Part shown: positions 36,301 through 42,003 of the stretch, piece by piece | How positions within the stretch are numbered: position 1 is the stretch's first letter | Layout: each line of letters opens with the position of its first letter | Source: Klebsormidium nitens | Lineage: Eukaryota; Plantae; Klebsormidiophyceae | Direction: 5' to 3' | Assembly (NCBI GenBank): GCA_000708835.1 | Contig: DF237653.1 | Location: 1 to 42,003 of the forward strand | DNA length: 42,003 bases | The notes under the pieces: model-generated | What the model was told of the DNA's origin: nothing | Databases searched by the model: none | The model's input: the letters and a program-made list of their open reading frames with translations, nothing else | Position numbers and translations under genes: made by a program

Positions 36301-36750
36301 CACACTGCTGGTGTCGTGCATCTGGATCCACTTTCTGCGGTCGCTTTTGTGTGAGTGCAAACTTCCAATAACGATAACAGCAGCTTCCAATGAGATGAAA
36401 CAGTTTGTCGCAAGCGCTCAAAAGTCTGTTCTAAGCAGCTGAAGAGTCACTGTGCATTACACTGATTCAAAGCTGCCAGACATTGTGCCACCATCTGACA
36501 CCGATGGGGCACCGATGCTCATTGCCATAGGCCTTTCTGAGGATATTCTGTCTTTATGATGAGCTGTCCAGGGGCTTGCCTTGGCATGAGCTAAAGCCAT
36601 CACCAGCTCCTGCGCGTTGCTCTTCCGTATGGCTTTCTCATCAATGTCCGCTGTCTCCACCTCAAACGCATAGCCCATCTCTTTCAAGATGGCTTGCCTG
36701 GTCCGTGATGCAGAGCCCAAGATAATGCGCAAATTCATCCCTGACGACAT
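33390..36750 (-). CDS. Maf-like nucleoside triphosphate pyrophosphatase, about 204 aa, 7 exons
   Basis: Exons 36750-36580, 36105-36028, 35636-35567, 34680-34589, 34339-34298, 33860-33780, 33470-33390. Motifs IILGSASRTRQAIL, ADIDEKAIR, LITADQVVVHEGQIREKP, AAGGLMIE, GTIDSVMGLP. Intron 1 is GC-AG (AAG/GCAAGC). Confidence 0.92.
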
Positions 36751-36955
36751 GGTGCAACATGCCACGTTGGTAGTGCCAGCTTTGATGCGCTCAAGCTGCT
36801 TCTTCAAGGATTCCTTGTAAACTTGTGTATTCAAACTTTGAACCTTCCAACTTTGTCCAGCTGGGCAAGAGCTCAGACCTTCATATGGAAGCTAGAAACA
36901 GTACGTGCAGGGTTTTAAAATGTGGAATATAGATTTATGGTTGCCGGCATGTGTC

Positions 36956-37076
36956 GTGGTTCGTTCATACCTAGGCTATTGCGCCGGATCCCATCAGACC
37001 TCCGAAGCTAAACGCCTGTGGGCAAGAATAGTACTGGAATGGGTGACCTTCCGGGAAGTCCTTGTGACGAACCCAC
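36956..37076 (+). rRNA. Cytosolic 5S rRNA gene, single dispersed copy
   Basis: GTGGTTCGTTCATACC...CCGGATCCCATCAGACCTCCGAAGCTAAAC...GGGCAAGAATAGTACTGGAATGGGTGACCTTCCGGGAAGTCC...ACGAACCCAC. Conserved eukaryotic 5S motifs, helix I and II pairing retained, internal box A/C, upstream TATA-like ATATAGATTTA. Confidence 0.95.
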
Positions 37077-37079
37077 CTC

Positions 37080-37083
37080 TTTT
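37080..37083 (+). terminator. Pol III T-run terminator of the 5S gene
   Basis: TTTT begins 4 nt after the inferred 5S 3' end. Confidence 0.7.
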
Positions 37084-37894
37084 GCCAGTGTTCCTTTTGC
37101 CTCTTTCTACCTATACTGCAATTTCGTTATCTTTGGTGTAGTTTTGTGACTCGTTGGCCAAACTTTTGATCAACAACAGATTGAACAGATCAATGGTTCG
37201 TGGCACTCCAATTGCTATTAAAAGCATGCGGCCATGCATGCAGTTTGATCATGTTGGTATATTATGTTGTTTGTAGCCTGAGGTCGCGAGGCTTTGCGTG
37301 TCGCAGGTCAGCTAAAACAATCCTCGACATGCGATTTACCGTGTGCGCATAAATTGATCGAGGCAGACGTGGTACTAGCTGCAAAGTTGTCCTGCAAAGT
37401 AGTTTGGAGACATGATGGGGCGATAATTTGAGGTCGACCAGGCCTACATGATTGTACCTTATCAGGTAATACTAACATCTGCAGGGCATGCACCGCGGCA
37501 ACTACTTTGTATTAGCGCGTACGTACATCACTTGATGGCCCCCACAGCTGGCCGCTCGATTTGACGTGGAAGGCATTTCGTCTTGACATGCTTTTCCAAT
37601 TGTCTTCACGTTAATGAATGAATTATGGACGGTTTATGCATCCAATTGAATACTAGGATCCGAGCAACCAAATTTTACTCAACATATTGGCCTCCTTCAA
37701 AACGACCCTTTGCACTATGTAATACTTGACGATATGTTGCTGAGTATTGCCTACATCTTCGATAATGTATTGCGCGCTAGATTGACTTGATTTAAGTTAC
37801 CTTCGCAACGCATCAATTGGTAGCCTGTATTCAGCCGATCCGGCCTCTTTAACGGTTCGTCTTGCTTCTAACTCTAGCTTGGAGCCTGAGTCAA

Positions 37895-40800
37895 TCAATC
37901 TCTCGGCCACCCTCCCCAATCACAACCATTTACACTGAACCCCCCATCCACTGAAATGACCTGACCTGTGATGAACGAAGAGCCGGGCAAGCATAAGAAT
38001 GCCACGGTTCCAGCTAACTCACTTGGTTCCCCAACACGACCTAACGGAGTTCGTTTGACGACCTGTGCTTTGAACTCTTCGTCCTTCAATACCTGCACGC
38101 GCAGTAGCTTGCGAGCCTTAGCATGAAGCGGCTGTACTGTAACGAGGTGTCGGCTGAGCTAGTAGTCCAAGCGAACTCAGAGACGCGAACATGATCTTGG
38201 CGAAAGCAGATCGCAATCAGAGCAAATCAACGAGTTCGACTCAGTGGATGCATGCAACGTTCAACAACGCTAATCAGGCATGTTAGTGTGGAGGCAGCAC
38301 GGGTTGCTCTCAGCGAAGCTTGGGTCGAGCTCCTACCTGCTGTGCAAGCTCCGTGTTAAAATACCTGAAGCACGAAGACCAGAGATCAGCAAGGAACGAG
38401 TCGTGAAAACAGCTGACCAAATATTTTGAGCGCTGGATCCGGCCGACGATCTCTGCAAGTCGTAGTATGGACACAGCGAGGATTGCCGAACAAGCACGCG
38501 ACTCATCGAGTTTGGCGAAGGGAACTGACATGATCGTGCAGAAAAGATAAAGAGTGGAGGCCGGCGTTATGCTCGTAGATTACAACCGGAGCTTCGGACC
38601 TCCAAATCTGCTCAATTTAGAGCTGGCCGCCAAACGCAGAGGCAGACTCTCACAACGTCAGCCAGTCTCAGGTGCACCTGCAAGCAGCAGCTTCGTTTCT
38701 TAACGCTAGGATCGAAACGGTTTCGAATGCCCGCCGAATCTGCTGCTGACTGACGGGACCTAGTGACTCGTTGACAAGGCAGTCCCCCTCACCAAGGGGC
38801 AACGGCGTTGACTCGGATCCCGTCCCGTGCCCATTCTTGTGACAGACTCCGCGTTAGCTGGTTCATAGCACCTGGACAAAGGGTCCGCGTGTTTCAAAGA
38901 CTTTGTTTGACGAAGAGTTGTCTCGAAAGTGACCCAATTCCAGATCCTTTTCCGAGATCATAGACTAGGGCCACCGATTACAGACTGATTGTAATCGAAA
39001 TATTCTCATCAGTCCTGTACCGTCAGCGGCCCAAGCAAATAGCCAAGCACTCTCCAGTCATTAGCAGGCGTTCTCAAGGCTGTTGAATCTCGTCGACCAA
39101 GCTGAATGTTTTCGTCGGCCAAACCCCGTGCAACTTCTGATTCGATAAAGTGCGAGAAGATTTGCGGAAGCAAGAGAAGCTGCCGACCTTTCGTCATGGC
39201 GTATATGCTCCCCGTTCGGATGGCGACGACCCCCGCAATCGACGAGACCATGACAACGGATGCGTTCCCGCTAGCCTTGAGCAAAGGGTATGCCTGCTGC
39301 GTTATAAAGAATGCGGACTCCAGGTTCGTCGACATTATCTTCGTGTAGTCCGCCTCCGTGAACTTTTCCGTTGGGTTTCGGATGTTTGTACCTACGTTGT
39401 TGACCTGCGAATAGAAGGTTTCTGCGTTTACGTCTGTGCTACTATTGCTCAGGATATAAGGTCTTCAGATAGCCTTGGCTACACCAAGCTATCTAGGAGA
39501 AAGTAGCAAATGATCAGCTGAATTCGGTACTTCGTCGTTGATCGATTGCACTAACGCAGAGATGGCGTAGTTTGTAATCTAAATCCAGCTCTTCAGTGCA
39601 AAGGAGCAGCCTGAGCGCAGTCTTTGTGACCCGAGGAAATGTAGCACAACTTTACCGCTGGACCAGAGACCACTAGGTCAATAATGACCTAAAGAGCACT
39701 TTACTCAGGAAGTCATTTGCTTTCACGATCTTCGCGTGACCTGTCGAGATGGTCGCCAGTAGGAAACGATACTCCAGCCAATTAGGATCCCCGATGAAAT
39801 CTGTGCAAGCGGGCAAAGCCGATGTATCCTGCCCAGTCTTCATGTTGCCCGATGCTCCAGCACCTAACGAGCTGATACATCCCTGCCAACAGCGCAACTC
39901 TTTCTCCGATGGGATCACCAGAGCTTAACCCAGCGCACAGTGCCAACGATAGCTACTTTTCTCTTAAGTCATGATTACACAGTGTCCCCACATACACATT
40001 CTCCTAATCAGAGGATCTCAAAGCAGCTTGTAATTCAGAGTAGCCCTTGCACACAGAAGGTAACTCACTAGGATGTCTAACTTCCCCTTGAACGCAGCCT
40101 CAACACCTTGCAATAGCTCCTTCCTGCCCTCGGACGTGCTGACGTCGCAGGGTGTTCCGCTGACATCGAAACCCTGAGCTTGCCATGCTGTGAGTGCAGT
40201 CTTCAGATCTTCTTCCGAACGAGCACACGTGTAGACAGATGCCCCCAACGATGCAAGCTCTTCAACGATGGCACGCCTGTGTAAAGAGAGCAAAGGTAAA
40301 GGGTTCCTCCTAACCAGGGGCTGCGGAGCGCCCTTCTGTCAGACACTTCATGCGATTCAGAGGGTGTTGATGTGTGGAGTAGAATAAGGGCAAGACCAGG
40401 GAGCACAGAGCACACAAGCCTATTGACACAATGCTAGACAATTCATAAGACTTTCTTGAGACTGCTTGTCAATCAGTGGTCCAGCCTGGCCAAACGAAAG
40501 ATTGGACGGATTGCCATCTGGCTTGAGTATGTCTGAAGCATCTCGATACAGATCTACGAAAGCGGCAGACACGAAAAACCGTCTGTTCATATCAGCCAGG
40601 TAGCTTTGCATCTAACATGTATTTCTTCGGTTGGCAACAGTTTGGCACCGTGATCTGATAAACACACCCATAAGCATAGAGCATGGCACTGCTGCTCATC
40701 TCAAGCAATGTGCTTGATTTCCAGCGAAGGGTTCATGGCTACTGTATGATCTATTGCTAAAGCCAACGAACCATTGTAATGCGGAAAGCACTACATCCAT

Positions 40801-41013
40801 AGAGCAGATTGGACCATGCAAACCCCTCAAAATGCAATTCGAAGTCCAGCTATACAATGCTGTGAAATCAACAGATCACATTCCAGCTAAACTTGCATAT
40901 TAACGACCATTAGAGCCAATCTTTGCGCCTCACCCAAGGCCTCTGGTTCCCCCTGTGCAGACAGCCAATTTGCCCTTCAAGCTCCATCTTCCTAGGGCGC
41001 CTGTTGTTGCCAT
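37895..41013 (-). CDS. Tropinone-reductase-like short-chain dehydrogenase/reductase, 6 exons
   Basis: Exons 41013-40934, 40276-40069, 39404-39188, 38871-38793, 38364-38337 (28 nt), 38092-37895. Motifs [39 protein letters not shown] (YxxxK), [32 protein letters not shown] further upstream exon (about 41233-41296, transit-peptide-like MHSSVAAISPTSW...) is possible. Confidence 0.92.
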
Positions 41014-41371
41014 TGCACCATTTACGGTGCCTTCACCTGTAATTGTAAGCTGAAAACGCAATGTGGGTACACCCTGAAAATGCCCTTGATGTGCTGTGAA
41101 TAGATTTCCAATTAGGCAATGAGAAGATTGCGGTTTCCTTGTAGATCCGTGATCATGCAGCCGAACGGGAGCCGAACATCAGCGGTATGCGAGGGATTGC
41201 CCAAGTTGGTATCTTCACTGGCGACCTTTTCACCGGGTACCGGCTCTGACGGTCGCCCCGCACGACCATGAGGTGGGAGAGATCGCAGCGACCGAAGAGT
41301 GCATCTTCACCCCTTATGCGTCGCCACTGCCACAGGTGCTCCATTTAGTCGATCATACATGCATGCACCTA

Positions 41372-41859
41372 TTAAACCACCACCCACCCTTTAAATACCG
41401 GCCGGGATGCCGGCCAACTTCAGAACTTGAACTTCAAGTCGGAAGTTCAAGTTCTCCTCATGGGGCGCACACATTTGGCACTTGAAAATGGCTTTTCCCC
41501 AGCTTTGGGCACGTATATGTAGAACTTGGTTTCCAATGGCGGTGCCAAGCCCAGTCGCCCCAAAGAGGCCTTGCAGGGAGGCGCCAGGCTTTTCAGCTCT
41601 CAAAACCACCAAAAATAGCTTCTTTAGGCTAAAGTAGCTTTTTAGGGCCTAAAGGCCTTGTTTTTGACGGTTTTCAGAGCTGGAAAAGGGAGCGCATCCC
41701 AACGGGGCCTGTTCCTAGCGACCACGCTTGACACCGCCAGATTTGGTGCAGGTTTGATACAGATTTCAGGTAGAGGAGCCAGTATTTTGAGTGTTCCAGA
41801 AGATGCGCCCCAGAGTCGCAGTTTGAATTTCACGATCTCGAGGACCCATGGTGGTTTAA
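41372..41859. mobile_element. Degenerate foldback / MITE-like element
   Basis: Terminal inverted TTAAACCACC (41372-41381) / GGTGGTTTAA (41850-41859). Nested inverted segments: tggggcgca/tgcgcccca, tggcggtgccaagc/gcttgacaccgcca, cttttcagctctcaaaacc/ggttttcagagctggaaaag. Also a 14-bp hairpin at 41422-41455. No convincing coding capacity. Confidence 0.55.
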
Positions 41860-42003
41860 ACAGTCACGGTGGCATCGCCGTTATCGCCGCCGTTTGCAAG
41901 GTCCAGGCAGAGGGGATGGGAAACGACAGATTACACTGGCCAGGAAACTGACGTTTTAAGCTGCCGTTCTTTCAACATTGTTCGTTGAAACAGCCATTGC
42001 CAC

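Noticed and set aside
7007-37083. Functional cluster of RNA-metabolism genes (RNase E, PELP1, Maf, 5S)
   Set aside because: Different compartments and pathways; adjacency in a gene-dense genome is a sufficient explanation.

Overview
Eukaryotic, intron-rich nuclear DNA from a green-lineage organism. Plant-type plastid RNase E, a tropinone-reductase-like SDR and an algal-type 5S rRNA suggest a streptophyte alga such as Klebsormidium (inference, not verified). Left to right: the probable 3' end of an unidentified + gene (1-1730); a 4-exon RING plus TRAF-type zinc-finger gene (1859-4912) whose frame continues about 255 codons past one TAG; a 19-exon minus-strand RNase E/G gene (7007-27601, about 3,180 aa by my manual splice model); head-to-head with it a RIX1/PELP1-like gene (28219-32407); a 7-exon Maf-like gene (33390-36750, minus); a solitary 5S rRNA gene (36956-37076); a 6-exon tropinone-reductase-like SDR (37895-41013, minus); and a degenerate foldback/MITE-like element (41372-41859). 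Two main observations. (1) The RNase E protein has a second, non-catalytic RNase E S1 + 5'-sensor module ahead of the intact catalytic domain, plus a roughly 730-aa charged C-terminal tail. (2) Many introns of this gene contain serially degraded copies ('echoes') of the adjacent exon/intron junction. All gene models were spliced by hand from GT/GC-AG signals and frame continuity; no database search was run.
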